A stretch of 63,932 nt of DNA, filler included, from Choristocarpus tenellus KU-1152 (GCA_964200185.2; 13 parts of 13 records of this genome joined end to end with filler, not necessarily neighbours in it); one strand, 5' to 3'. Shown: positions 1-13,324, counted from the first letter of the whole stretch. Notes: generated by a model from the letters alone, not told the origin. A program made the numbers and translations.

Positions 1-81
1 CTGTAAATGCATTTTTCCTGATTTTGGTTCAAAGGGACCCCCGGGTGTAGCCCCCCCCCCCCCTCCCAGATACTTTGAGTC
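1..81 (+). mobile_element. MITE family 1 (poly-G/C TIR), right end
   Basis: Ends C-tract-AGATACTTTGAGTC; internal sequence matches the full copy at 44444-44620. Confidence 0.85.
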
Positions 82-159
82 AGTAATAAATACAATGTTA
101 CAACAAATCACAGCATTGGCCACACAATTTTGACCCCAATCTCGCAGGGACAGTTCCAC

Positions 160-817
160 CTGTTTCGCCACACGGTGTCTTTGGAGTATGCTCCAGAGAC
201 TTTGACGGGGTCACGAGAGTTCCACGCATCCTCAGCTGCCTTGCACTGTCAATCACATAATATTATTATGAAGGATAACCGGGGGCGGAGGTGGAATGGG
301 CACAGAAGAAACACGAGGTGGTTATACAGTCGGGTGAGAGGAGTTGACAATTTCAAACCGTGCGCTACCATGATACTTGTAACACCCAAAGCCTCTTTGG
401 AAGGCGAGTTATTACCATAGTCTATCAGCAAGCTTCTAGTCCAAGGACAGCAACACCATCCTTTTGCCCTAATTACAGACACTAAGAGCAGTAATAGTGC
501 AAGGGTAAGGCAAGGCAAAAATAAGCCACATTAGTAACCTCAACAAGAGTCTCCCCACACAAAATTCGCCGTACATAAATCACATCTCGAACAAAACCAC
601 AGATCAATACATCAGGGTTGAATAAAATCAGGGGTACATACCGCCTTGCGAGGACTCAACGCGAAGAGAAGGCTGGGGATGTCAACTGAGTTGCCTTACA
701 AGATGTGATGAAAGTGCGCTTTAACTCGTCCAAAAGCCATACCTTCTTCAGTGCAGTCTCAGCAGTGAACGGAGGTAAGGGGTGCTTCGGTTCTTCAGTA
801 TTTTCTTCCCATGTCAT
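160..817 (-). CDS. DUF1348 / NTF2-like family protein, first two exons (partial)
   Basis: Exon 817-743 ([27 protein letters not shown] donor) joins in phase to exon 245-160 ([32 protein letters not shown] acceptor, GT donor). Matches the DUF1348 signature PLPPFT.ETA..KV..AEDAWN.RDP..V..AY..D..WRNR. Confidence 0.9.
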
Positions 818-989
818 AGTTCCTGCGTCACCATGGCCCGAAAAACAATCGAAATGAGATATGTAAGTACACACTTCTTGAGCTGCCTCTGTCGTTCATG
901 CCAACAATGTAAACAACTAGCACCTGTTCCTAGTGTACTAACGTGCATCATTAGAGGACAAAAATACCCCTATATATTCTGTCTACGCT

Positions 990-2100
990 AGTGGATCGTC
1001 CAGAAGCAGCGATACCACCTAGCCCGCAATATACCTGCATCCCCATGGTCGCAGTACAGTTTTGTCCTCGTGCTCAAGGGGAGAGCATTGAACTCCGAGG
1101 CACTTGGCCAAGATCCGCTGGCCGGGGAAGCCGTAGAGCATGCCATCGAGAGACCGAGACCACGTTTACAGACCTTGGAGGTTAGAATAAGTGGAATGGA
1201 TTGAACTGTTTTAAGGAACAGCATCGCGATATCGACTTCTTCGGGTGATAAGAACTAGTTGGGTTGATCGGTATATAGTATCTATCTATTGTCCGAATTG
1301 AGAAAGAACCTCTATTTCCATTATTTTTTTCAGTACTCACCTTTTTTTCCTGTTTTAATCTTGACTTGGATATGCCCACAACAATGAATCGGTCATAATG
1401 TGGGCAACATCCCAACCCCTTGTTCAAAACCAGGAATTTCGCCTCATGGTCAACTAAACTTTGGGGTAAAGGAGGCACTGTCCAACCACTGCTCTGTGGC
1501 TGGATACAGAAGACATTTATTACAGCACAGCATCCATCCGCCTATCGATGGTCAGGTAACTGGGCAGTATCTTCAGGTGGATGGGAATCGTTGCACCCTG
1601 GAGAATTGGACCCCTTCGCTATCACCCGGAATCTCCACGTGGGTGCCGTATTTCTTGCTATGCTAATTTCCAACTCGGCCACTGCTCCCTACAGAAAAAA
1701 GGAGGGTTTCTTCCTGGATGTGACCTTCGCTAAGGTCCAAGCGGACAGTTACAAACAAAACTTGCCATCAAAAACGGCGTCGTTGCCGCCGCAGCTGAGA
1801 CCCAAAAGCGCAACCACGATGAGGGACTATTTAATCTTTGCAGTTTTAACTTTAACACCTTCATAGCGGAAAGCTTCGACAGTCTCAGCATGCGGGCAGG
1901 GAAATTCCTTGATGAGCTGGGAGTTCAGTGAGTGGTTAGGGGAAGGGGGGTTTCAGGAGGAAAGGACAGGTGAAGTCACACCTACGACATATTGTGTACG
2001 TCGCACCACAACAAGTAGCGATTTCAAGACGCGCCAGGTACTTGAAACTGGAGACACCAGGCTATTGGACGAGGTGGGGCTGACAGATTTGTAGGACTCT
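990..2100 (+). mobile_element. Degenerate RLE-type (CRE/R2-like) non-LTR retrotransposon 3' part
   Basis: Translation GELDPFAITRNLHV...APYRKKEGFFLDVTFA...AESFDSL...FLDEL parallels the better-preserved copy at 21238-22120 (restriction-like endonuclease region). Boundaries approximate. Confidence 0.65.
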
Positions 2101-3179
2101 TCCCTTGCGTTTCTAGAAGGCATTCATATTATTTTCTATGTTATGTATTAATAGTAGTGCTTGCAGTCAAGTAGTCTTATTCGATATGTTGCATGTCATT
2201 GTATCTATATATAATACGTACTATGAAGTACGTACGCAATATCTTCTTGGCTATTCTCAACGAGTACTCCTGTGCCTCGCATTTTAGAGCAACCATAATG
2301 GATGACTGCCAACAATCCATGACGGGGACAGGATACTCTAGGACTCTCACACACGGAGACCTGTTTTATCAGTATTACGGGGGCCTGTGCCAGGACAGAA
2401 GCAGGAGAAGTTCCACCAGATATAGCACTTGCTGTGCTCCAGTAAACCCAGGAGGAAAGAAACTGCGGGTAGATGTGTGTGCGTGGGTATACCTGGGGGG
2501 GCTTTGGCGGGGGGAAAGAGGAGACGATCTGCCAGGTAGCTACCACAGTGCTCCAGAGGCACCAGGAGGAAAGGGGCAAGGGGGGGGCTATGTCTGCCTG
2601 TGCAGAAGCAAACAATCTATCTAAACGTACATTTTTTATAAATTATGTGTGTGTGTCATTGTGGGGTCTGTGTGTAGCTTTGACGTTTCAAGTGCCTAGC
2701 AATGGATTCAAGATTAAGGAAGACATCACAGGGAAGGAGTCAAAAATACCATCAAATCAAAACAAACTGTCACCAGCGATATGTCTTGATAGCAGTTTCA
2801 TAAACACCTTTATGACATTGAAGTTCTAGATTTGATATATTTGTACTTTTTGATTATTTATTTATTATTTGGTCATTATGGTCCCCGATTGTGATAAGAC
2901 ATCGTTCATCAGTTCCTTTTAATATGATGACATTGACGATAATACAAGTAGTGAGAGATCCAGCATAGACGACATGTGCATCAGGAGTCCTATACGTACA
3001 TCAGCATCATCTATAAGACCGTAGATTGGAGCTATTCATCCTGGGCTGGGGAGGTAAGCTTTCTGGGGCGCCTGTAACAAAACCACCTTCTGGGTCAACC
3101 ATCCTCTCAACAATGTTGGCAAAAGAGAGGGTGGTGTGACCGCACACTGAGTCAAACCATCTGAGAGGTGGGCATGTTT

Positions 3180-3252
3180 GGTTCAACGTATCTGGGGGGA
3201 GGGGTGGCGGCTGTCCATTTGGGGTCAATTTTTTCCATGTCACGATGTTTGG
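3180..3252 (+). mobile_element. MITE family 1, left end cut by contig break
   Basis: GGTTC-AACGTATCT-G-tract-TGGCGGCTGTCCATTTGGGGTC. Confidence 0.85.
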
Positions 3253-3352
3253 NNNNNNNNNNNNNNNNNNNNNNNNNNNNNNNNNNNNNNNNNNNNTTAA
3301 TTAATTAANNNNNNNNNNNNNNNNNNNNNNNNNNNNNNNNNNNNNNNNNNNN
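3253..3352. other. Artificial contig-joining spacer (first of 12)
   Basis: N44-TTAATTAATTAA-N44, stops in all frames. Also at 9540-9639, 12307-12406, 17435-17534, 22195-22294, 30633-30732, 35745-35844, 45365-45464, 47997-48096, 52801-52900, 57057-57156 and 60833-60932. RPN9, MTHFR and ODA-DC2 do not continue across them. Confidence 0.97.
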
Positions 3353-3372
3353 GGCTAACAACGACATATATA

Positions 3373-3488
3373 TTTATATTATTATGCCCTCTGACATTTT
3401 GCAGATGTGTCAGGGGTTACATATATATAGTTTTCATTGGTTTCCCCCGTGACACATCTGCAAAATGTCCGAGGGCATAATAATAAAA
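3373..3488. mobile_element. Short fold-back MITE
   Basis: About 40-bp inverted arms (ATTATTATGCCCTCTGACATTTTGCAGATGTGTCAGGGG and its complement); second copy at 51804-51948. Confidence 0.75.
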
Positions 3489-3945
3489 TATTGGGAGTGA
3501 TAGATTTCCATGTCTTCCCACGTCTCTTATGAGCATGGTTTTCTAAAGACGGATCTTCTATCTCCGGAAGGGTTTCTTTTCCGAAACCCATCCGAATCGT
3601 GATCCTCCCCACTTCTTCAGTTCCCCATTTTTTCCTGCAAGTCCTTTTAGTCTTGCACTTGTCCAACCTTCACCTTGTACCCTCGGTTACGGTTCGTCTT
3701 TATTCGTCTGGTCCATCTTGCCCGGTGACTCTCTTCACCACCCTTGCCTGAGTGAACCACGCCGCCACAGAATCACAGGATCCACAATGATCTACTAATT
3801 ACAGATTTTCAAAACCTACTGTAACTACCTGTATCAGCTCTTCTTCTTGTATGCTGCATACATATATTTACTAATAAGTTGTAAGCGACACAGACTCGCT
3901 CTGTTTTTATTGTAATTCTCTTCTATATATTTCTTTTTTGTAATA

Positions 3946-4671
3946 AGGTGATACCACTACTAGCTTCTCCCTCTGTGGCAGTTCTGCTTTTTTTCACCGG
4001 AATACTGCAACAGATATACAACTATGTATATCAAATGAAAGCTTATGACAAGGCCTTTTGAAGGTTTGTATCCAGGAATGTAGAAACTCCGGTGCAATTT
4101 TGAAGGTCACAACTTCAAAACTTGGAAAAATGAAGTGATTGGCTGAACTCCTTGCAGAAAACTCATTTGGGGTAGGTCGCTGCCCAAGTTTGGCTGGTGC
4201 AGCCCTCACTGAAAAAAAAGCAGAAACCCCCCCCAAAATTTCCTCTTTTTAATGTCTTCTGGAGATTTTTTTGTGAGCACACACACACACACGTGACTTA
4301 CACAACAACATAAACCATGACGGTGAGACAAGGAGAGTCGGCTTGAAATAACTACAGTTAGGCAAGATGTATCGTGTGGCGAAGGATTTGCAACAGCCGA
4401 TTTCAAAAATTGAGGATGGGCTTGACCCAAAATTGACTGGGTTAAAGTGTTGATATGTTTTTTTTATTGTCGACACTTTATCCCAGTCAATTTTGGGTCA
4501 AGCCCATCCTCAATTTTTGAAATCGGCTGTTTAGTATTGAGTACTCAAATGATTTTGCAAAAGATGCTGCTGGAGAGCATTGTAACAAAAATGCTTTAAA
4601 AAAAAAATCTGATGTCTACACCAAAAGATATGACAGGACAACCCCAGAGGGCGAAGATACTGGTAGCACTA
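3946..4671 (+). mobile_element. Non-autonomous TA-flanked DNA transposon, internally deleted copy A
   Basis: TA|AGGTGATACC...CAGAGGGCGAAGATACTGGTAGCACTA|TA; both halves align in reverse orientation with the ends of 15645-17216. Confidence 0.8.
4392..4531. repeat. Near-perfect 140-bp hairpin (MITE-like) nested in copy A
   Basis: About 62-bp arms AACAGCCGATTTCAAAAATTGAGGATGGGCTTGACCCAAAATTGACTGGG... with short T-rich loop; related termini near 35858-35888 and 63860-63890. Confidence 0.85.
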
Positions 4672-5715
4672 TACCACTAAGATGAAATTGTAAATACACA
4701 ATAAAATGAACTGTAGTCGAAAAGAAATGGATCTGATTTACGTTCACTCTCAGCCAATTTATTTCAGGAAAATTTGGACAAAAAACTCAATTTTCAGAAT
4801 AGGCCATCTAGGGCGACCTTTCCCTACCTCCAAGAGATATATTGGGAAAGGTTAGACTTCATACAACAAAAAATGCACCAATTCCACCTTGAGTAAATAT
4901 ACTTCCTGCTACATTTACGTACCTTTTAGTCAAAATAATTTTTTTGGGGTGTGAAGATTAAGTTGACACTGCATTTCTTAAATAGTCGTATCAAAAAAGT
5001 ATGTATGCCTTCATGCACATTGACCTATTGAGCTTTGGTAGACGTTGCAGGTGTCACAGTATCACCCAACATATTGAAAGTCAACAAATCCCGCTGTTGA
5101 CACCTTATCATTGCAAGGAATTCACTGCGGAAACTTCTGCCTTCACCCCCCAAACATCATTGCAGTGCTATTTTGGATCTCCTGTACACTTCTTAGTGGG
5201 TCCAGCTCTTGAGTGTTTTTTTACATTTTTTTGTTGGCCATATGAAGGCTCAAAGCCATATATGCACTGGCTTACCTTGCTTTTTGGCATTTCTTGCATG
5301 TACATTTTCAGAGCTATATGAGCACTCCATTCTTGATGGGGAAAAACAAACTCCTACCACTTAAGTGTTGGTGCACCCAGATGAAGTTATGTGGTAGTGA
5401 ACATTTGGATAGGATTTGATGCCACATTGATTGCACAATGCTCATCACAGGAGAGCAGCAAAGGCACTGATGCAGTCGCAAAACAGCCTACGTACACTGT
5501 ACAATGTTCAACCACAAACTAGGACAGGTCAAATATCCCCCATGTTCTCTCTCACCATCATGCAAGGTCAAAATCAATCTCTCAATAATTTGTAGAGGGG
5601 GTTTCTTAAACTCCGCCTTAATCCAAGTCACTTGTGTGCACCCCCCTGCCCCTTCTAAGGCCCTGCCTGCCCCAACACGTTTTAGGAGCACAATATAAAA
5701 ATGATTCAGTCAGCC

Positions 5716-8700
5716 TCATCCAAACAGCTCAGGTGTCTGTTCCTCTACATATGCGTGGGTCTCTGACACACGCCCCTTCCACTCTGAAATCCTACTGCTG
5801 AGGTGACCCAGCTGTTCCTTGCCCAGTACCCTTGGCTGAACCCAGGCCACATACAGGGATTCCTCCACCTGATCCATTATGCCCCGGATAAGCTTCAATG
5901 ACATAGCCCGCATTACTAGCCACTCCACCTGCATCAGACACAGAATGCAATAATTAACACTACTACTTACCAATACCTATATACCATATTCTGGTATGCC
6001 TGAAGAGTGAACATCAAGTCAGGCTGGATCATATGCATGAGTGGGGCAGCGGAGGTTGATATGATATGTATCCATTTACATCATTTTGTTTACCTGATCT
6101 TGAGGAAGCTTGGTGGATGCTGCTATCTCCGCAAAGGGAATATTTCGCTCCTGACTAGGCCGCTCAAAGACCATGTTCATTAGGCATAGCAGGGCAATCT
6201 TCTCCTTCACAAAGGAGGCGCGGCTTACCAGTGCAGGCTGTGCCAACATGGACTGTATTCCATTCACATTATCACAGAACAGGGCAACATGGCAGGAGTA
6301 CATGGGAACAAACGTAGGAGGAAGGAGGGAAAGGCAAATCACCATCAAGACTATGCTATGGTAAATTCCCACGCACTGTAACTCTGTCGATATATCCACT
6401 TCACATGAATTTTTGTTGAAACTGTAGAGCTGATAGACCCTAGCAATCAATTTTACTGAAGCTGATGCAAATTTGACTGAAATAAAAAAAAATATTGTAT
6501 ACATGCTGGGTTCAGGGTTTTCGGCAATCATTGGGCCCTGAAGTACATGTTTACACTACAAGAGCAAACTTACGACTGAAGGCTAATGTGGACCCTCACA
6601 TGAATACCAGGCATAGCTTTTGCAACCATCAAAGCCATGTTGCCAGCATAGCAAAGGTCTAAGAACATAAAATCGTATCGCTTTGAATGATATGAAATTC
6701 ATATTACATCCACACAACTTAGATCGGGAGCTTTCCATTACCTAACACAGTCGGGTGCAAAAATCATGTTCATCATAAATGGTGTCAAAGAGTAACATTG
6801 ACTTACATTACAACGCCTCGAAAATACTTATCTTCCTCCATTCGCGGGTGATAATCAGTGAGAGTCAACCATCTGTAGGTATGGTGATCAAACAATCTTC
6901 TCAGTCAGAGGAAAATCTTCAACTAGCTCTTAATTGTGGAACTACTCGGTGATCAATTGAAAGTTAGTCCCACCAGCTTGCACTTCAGCAACAAAAAAAA
7001 TCCTTCACATTATTTGCCAGTGCCCAATAATCTGCTTCTTGTTGTCCTGAACCGTAAGATTTTTCCCAGAGGTCAAAATAATAGGGTGAACAAAACTAGA
7101 CGCTGTAAAACATTGATGATATCGCCAGCTTTTCAAAAGCACCCCTGTTCAATCTTCATATCACTCTCCACAGTTCCGTGCCGATTCAAACGATTCAAGG
7201 CCCATTAACCAGAAATGTATAATATTCTGTTTTTGCAATAGCGTTAGGGTTCAAATGGGAAGAAGTTAACCCTGAATATATAATAGACCCGCCCACCACA
7301 AAAATACAAAACCTGGACTTGCCTAGAGGTTTGTCATCGTCTCACCACCCATCCCTCCTACCCCCTGTTGATATGTAACAACAATGATGGTAATTATTCT
7401 ATTTCCGAAAGAGAAAAAGGCTACTGATTGGCTCCAATATTTTTGTTTTTCATGTTGATACAACAGTGATTTAATGTAACTCAGAAATGGTTACCTATGG
7501 TGGACATCAAGATCCGTCAGAAAAATGTTGGACTCCATACCACAAAACCTGTAGCAGACATCGAGACCTCATAACACCAATAATTAGCTACAATTGGATG
7601 TTAACCTTATCCTTGTTAGAACCCGGCCTTAAATACTATGTATAATACTACATACTACATGAAAATTAATATATAAATATTGCACATATATACTGACACT
7701 AAATTCTTGAATCAAAACAAGTTGTACCTAGGGAAGTGGTGACAATCGCACAAATCTCAGCTGCTTCCCAAAATGATATCAACCACAAATATCCCCACTT
7801 TAAATTCAAGTACATTCTTCAAATGTTAGGGGCCTAAAAAAGAACTGAATCTCCACTGGATGACGAGCTCTCAATATGCCCCTTTACATCCCATGTGCAC
7901 ATAAGTTGACTAGGGACTTGTAGCAAAGCACCCTGCAATGTAATTTCAATACCTGTGCCATAAAATATATCTTAACCAGAACATGGGCCCATCTTCTGCG
8001 TTGGACAAAAGTTCCACCTCCTTGTTGCTCTGAAGCACACAATACCACACAGCAACCAAGCCCCACCATCTACATTAAATCATTAAATCGATATCTCTAT
8101 GGGTTGGAATATATTCCAGTTGCCAAAAGAATATTCAGTAACTTTATCAAAAGTGGTCCAGGTGCCCCTGGTCATTTTGGAAAGGGGGGGGAGGAGTAAT
8201 GAACATCTTCTACACACCATTTCACCATTTGCTTTCAACCTGATTGTTTTAAATAGTGATATTGAAGTTTGTGATCCCAAACTGCTTCAAAACTCTAAAC
8301 ATATCTCTCAGCCTGCCATGGCAATTGCTTAAAATACTACCAACATGATCGCAAAATCTTACACATCAACACACTGCTTCAAGGTAGTGCTCCTGCAGTA
8401 TTTTTGCTCCATCTCTACATGCATAGTATTGGTTCATATTGTAGTCCATCTACCTACCTATCAATCTGTCAGCCCATAAACCTTACCTCCTGGTTTTCTG
8501 CACACAGAGTGTTAAACGCATCAATCTTTCCTTTGTCAAATGCCAGCAGCATATTCCCTAGCCATGCATTCGGGCTTCCATCAAGCATCTTGAGAATAGG
8601 CGTAGCCAACTATAGGAAGGATGTGTTGGCAAACCCAATTGCATATTATGCAACATTACAAGGCCATGAAGACACGAGTCAGACAATACTTGCACATATT

Positions 8701-9434
8701 TGAACTACACAGAAAAGGCAATTAGCAAAATTAAATTCACCTTGAGTCGTCATATACTCAACATGATACCGTCTCAAAAAGGACGTAGTTGAAACACACA
8801 ATGTAAGGAAGAGGTGTTCAAAACACCCAAAAGAAGTGTGTAGCATTGACAACCAAGGCCACCTTGTACTCTACAGAGTATACTCACTAAAGGGTATTGC
8901 CTCATCCCTCAATGGGTACGTATTTTCATCTTATCATTGTCACATTCTTTCATGGCACAAATGAGGGCTAAGGTTAAAGCAAGTTGAGAGATAAATGCAG
9001 ACACCAGAAAAAGTTGCAAACAAATATTGAGTTCTAACCCAGAAAAAAACACAGTCAGACCCCAATGTCCTGCCGGCAACATAAATGTGGTGCCACCCCC
9101 AGCCCTCTGTGCTTCCCAACCCCATTGCTGTTACTACACCGTTCTTACCCTTACAAAAAACCAACTAGAAGAGGACAATCAACCCATGTTCCACGAAGAA
9201 CAACAACAAAAAGCAACTCACCACTTCCCCAAAATTGAAGACACCCTCTCCTGTGAGCGCTGCAAGGCTGATGTCTGTAGCCAGGGCAAAGCGACTCTCG
9301 GCATTAATCTCCTCCAGAGGGGTGTAAGCCAAGAGCATCAGAGCACTATGGTAGAAGGCATCTGGGGGTCCAACTGCCTTATAGTACTCTGAGGCTAGTC
9401 GATAGTACGCTGAATGTACGACTGTCTCTGCTGA
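5716..9434 (-). CDS. PSMD13: 26S proteasome non-ATPase regulatory subunit 13 (Rpn9), last four exons
   Basis: Phase-0 GT-AG exons 9434-9222, 8609-8487, 6252-6094 and 5928-5716 give ...YYRLASEYYKAVG...FY..AL..LAY...AALTGEGVFNFGEV-LATPIL...KEKIALLCLMNMVFERP...VEWLVMRAMSLKLIRGIMDQV...WVQPRVL..., the Rpn9 PCI-domain pattern. 5' exons lie beyond the contig break. Confidence 0.95.
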
Positions 9435-9723
9435 CTGCATTGCATGTGTGCAAAGGGTGACAGCAGCAGCAAGGGGGGGAGGGGGGGGGGGGGGGTGGGC
9501 AGGGGGAAGGGTATTTCTGACCCTATTCTTAAGTTCATGNNNNNNNNNNNNNNNNNNNNNNNNNNNNNNNNNNNNNNNNNNNNTTAATTAATTAANNNNN
9601 NNNNNNNNNNNNNNNNNNNNNNNNNNNNNNNNNNNNNNNGTGAGAAAGGCAACACGGACCTCCAAAGAAAGAGGAAAACGAACACTTGGATCAGCAGAAG
9701 AAAGTACCTCATCATCAACCAAA

Positions 9724-9902
9724 GACCCAACGTATCTGGGGGGGGGAGGGGGTTCTACACCAGGTTGTCATTTGACCAAAATTAGAAAAAAGTGCGTTTA
9801 AATTATCCATCCGACGTACGGAATCGAATCACCCAAAAATCGCGATATGAAAAAATTGATCCCAAATGGACAGACGCCACACACACCCAAATACTTTCAG
9901 CC
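9724..9902 (-). mobile_element. MITE family 1, full copy
   Basis: GACCCAACGTATCT-G-tract ... AATACTTTCAGCC; flanks CAAA/TAAA (4-bp TSD with one mismatch). Confidence 0.85.
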
Positions 9903-10039
9903 TAAAAAAAAAAAAAAGATGGGGAGAAAGAATGCAAAATCGACAAAGGATGAAAGAGAAATCAGCCCACAATGGAACCAGAATTCAACAGACAGTAATG
10001 GTGGCAGTGTTGATGGCTTTGGCAACTTTTGCCGCTGCT

Positions 10040-12306
10040 TTGGTGTGACGTACATTTACTTATCACAGGTTTCTCGAGATGCCAGTAGGTCATGAACATA
10101 TTTTCTTGCTGTGTGTTACATACCCATACCACTCCTGTTGTTGGTTAATGACCTTGGCGCTCCAACCCTCAACTCCCGTCCTATACTTGTCAGAGGGTCA
10201 TCTTGGAGGCATGTCCACCAGTCCTTGTACTGTCCACTTTGTTTCAGTTTCCCAATTCCAAGCTCCCCAAACGTTAGTACCTTGGGAAGGCGTTCATCCC
10301 TCAACCAACAACTGACCGAGCAAATAGGAGCCTCCGCTTGCGCCCCACATTGCCTCAATACTCTCTCATCCAGCCTTCATAAGATCATCTTTGTAAGATA
10401 GGACATGATCAGTTCGTTCCCGTTTGCATAGTCCTGTTTAGTGAAGGAGGGATTCGTGATGATGGAATTGGAGACTCAGATACTAAACCTGCCAGAATAT
10501 TCTCGTCATACAAGCATAGAATCAGAATTCCAAGCACTTCATTGAGCTCTTAGCGTTTCGATTTTTTTGCTCGAGTGAGACACCTGAGGTTCTCTAGCAA
10601 AGTACTTAGTTGAATTTGTAAGAAAAATATCAAGCTATCTGGATCCTTTGACTGTGCTCTCACCAATAACTGCCGGCATCGTCACTGATGATGTTTCCTC
10701 GATGGTCATAAGCCTTCAGTCTGCTTGTAGATCTGGCCAGTGCGTGGATCCGTCTGATTTCAGTAAACATGTCTTTAATGCCCATACAGTTAGACTGAAT
10801 GATCTGGCCACCTTCGCAAGTAATGTCATCATTGACCAACTTCCTTGGGTCTTGGAGACAATACCTGTTCATCATCACCATAAGGCACACACACCCCACC
10901 AAAGCTCCTAAAGTGTTGTCCCACTCCCTGGTGCTCAACCCCCTCTGATCTGGTTGTTTGCGGTGATTATCTTCTTGGTTACAAGGTCCCGTGATATATC
11001 TATTATACAGAGAAGAGGAAAACAATTATCGTGGGTTATTGGGACTTCTTTTCATCTCAGGGTTAGTACTGTATGTAAGAGCATTACGGAGAGTACACGA
11101 GACAACCAAGCCACTTAGCATTGAGTTAGGACGCTCAAAGGATGTTTATACAGTAGTGTTTGACCCATGGTTTTGCAAATTGCAGTCTAAACTCAACCCC
11201 ATAGACCCATCCGATACACTATCGGATCCTCCAGACAACTACCAAATAGGTACTCTTTTGCCCAATTAAATTTGTAGACGCGAACCAGGGGGGTTATTAA
11301 AGTGTCTATTGTAGACCTCTACAGAAAGAGGGCATGTATCTACAATAATAGAGAATATGACAAGGTTCCACACACAATACCAAAATTGCTACTAGGCTGG
11401 AGAAGAGTATCAAGGGTGATGAAGAGTTATGATACAAGATTGCTGGGGCACTACTTAAAGAGGAAGAGAGAGGTCTCTAAGGTATCAATCTGAAGTCATA
11501 GCGAAATGAAGAGAAAAGAAAGATAAGGAGACAAATCATTGAAGACCTGATTACACCTACACAAAGAGATTGTTGATTGTACTAGCTGCAGTGTCAGGTT
11601 AGTTTGCACCTAGACTACAAATGGCAATGGTTGGTCAAGTCCGAGTCACAACTTGATAGGTGAGGAGGCAAAGCGAACTTCCAAACATTATACGGTAGGA
11701 TAAAGTGAGAGTACATGTCGAAAAAACGAAGGGAAACAAAAGGTAGGTAACTTGAGTAGTAGAGTTTTTTCGCCCACGAAGTCGGTTCATTAGTGCGACC
11801 ATCCGAAAGTTGCCCTCTTGTGTGGATCATATGCTAACCACAAATGATCCCCTCTGCCACCACCTCTCAAAGGAACGCTAGTCTCACTCCAATTTCCTTG
11901 GTCCCAGGGCTGTATGAAAGGTTATCAGCGAGGTAGATAGTACCCTGGTTGTCGAAGATCCATAGGGAGACTTTGGAGACAAATTTGATGGAGTTGAGAA
12001 GGATGCAGAGATGATATAGGTTTGGGGCAGTGTAGCTGAGGCCACGGCTTTCTCGCCCTTGGTTTTGGAAAGGGCGACAATTGGCTGTTCTTAGCGCTCG
12101 ATGTCACTGGTCAGATAGTTGGGAATGAAGATGTAGCCCAGTGTATATCTGTAGATGCCCAGGTGCGATGCATGCCTGGTGTCACGGTAGCCTTTAGGAG
12201 GATGGTAGTTGTGTCCGGTCGAGCAGCTTGACGGATAGACAATATTATACATGCAGAAGGCAGTAGGAGGTACCCCAACACCGTCCTAGTCATAGCCGTG
12301 AGTAAG
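10040..12306 (-). mobile_element. Probable highly degenerate LINE-like remnant
   Basis: Long intron-free, stop-riddled coding-like stretch with weak RT-like fragments (e.g. IISDDAG). No splice structure seen. Assignment tentative. Confidence 0.35.
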
Positions 12307-12406
12307 NNNNNNNNNNNNNNNNNNNNNNNNNNNNNNNNNNNNNNNNNNNNTTAATTAATTAANNNNNNNNNNNNNNNNNNNNNNNNNNNNNNNNNNNNNN
12401 NNNNNN

Positions 12407-12770
12407 CAACAAACACTGCTTGATGAACGGCCATCTCCTGCTAGGTTTCTCCATGTTGACCGTCGTGGGCTGTTGTGATATTGTAACAGTAGTCATCCCT
12501 CCAAACCTCAAACAAGAAATGACAGTTCTGGCACGAGATTTGATTGGAAAGCCAAACCGTTTTCTTGCTAACCCCCCTCCCCCCCCCCAGATACTTTGTG
12601 TCAACAAACACTGCTTGATGAACGGCCATCTCCTGCTAGGTTTCTCCATGTTGACCGTCGTGGGCTGTTGTGATATTGTAACAGTAGTCATCCCTCCAAA
12701 CCTCAAACAAGAAATGACATTTCTGGCACGAGATTTGATTGGAAAGCCAAACCGTTTTCTTGCTAACCCC
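12407..12770. repeat. 195-bp-period tandem duplication with a MITE family 1 end at the junction
   Basis: 12407-12575 is nearly identical to 12602-12770; C-tract-AGATACTTTGTGTC lies at 12572-12602. Confidence 0.9.
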
Positions 12771-13102
12771 ACTAAATCAACAGTAAGGAACCCGATAACA
12801 CATGTGTAATTGCATGCAGAACCAGGGAATGTGATTAATTTTTACCAGCATAACCAGATGTTGTCATATTCAAAAGCTCCCAGACGAAAGAGAGATCTTT
12901 TTTCATCTTGGGTACCGCCACAAATTAAAACATGCTGAAAGTCTGGCATATCCAGATTTGAGTGATTCGAAGAACTGGTGGTCGCGTGACAATACAATAA
13001 CAAATAGAAAAGCTAGTTTGTTCTGGATTGGTTGTTTTTAGGGCTTTTCACCGGAACAGCAAATAAAAAAAGTTCCGCCTGGGATCTGTTCACAATTATT
13101 TG

Positions 13103-13324
13103 AACATGTCCCAGTCCATGTCCACTAGGTATTGAACTGGTGCATGTCCATGTCCATGTCCATGTCCGGACCGGTCCCACAGTTATTATACATGTCCTGG
13201 TCCATACCCTCAGGATATCGTACCAGTCCATGTCCACCAGCTGGTCAGTCTAACTCTTTTCGTTGCATATCTGGACTGTGGTCGCCAATGAGTTCAATTT
13301 TTTCGGCATGTCCGGACCATGCCA
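13103..13324. repeat. Clustered CATGTCC/GTCC motifs, possible DNA-transposon subterminal region
   Basis: About nine CATGTC(C) motifs including a tandem (CATGTC)4, ending in CCGGACCATGCC. Confidence 0.5.

Noticed and set aside
3253-3352. Recurrent TTAATTAATTAA palindrome as a biological repeat
   Set aside because: Always centred in a fixed 100-bp N spacer; an artificial linker with stops in all frames.
4105-4818. GGTCAC...GCGACC as transposon termini
   Set aside because: Homology with copy B extends past GGTCAC to the real TIRs at 3946 and 4671.
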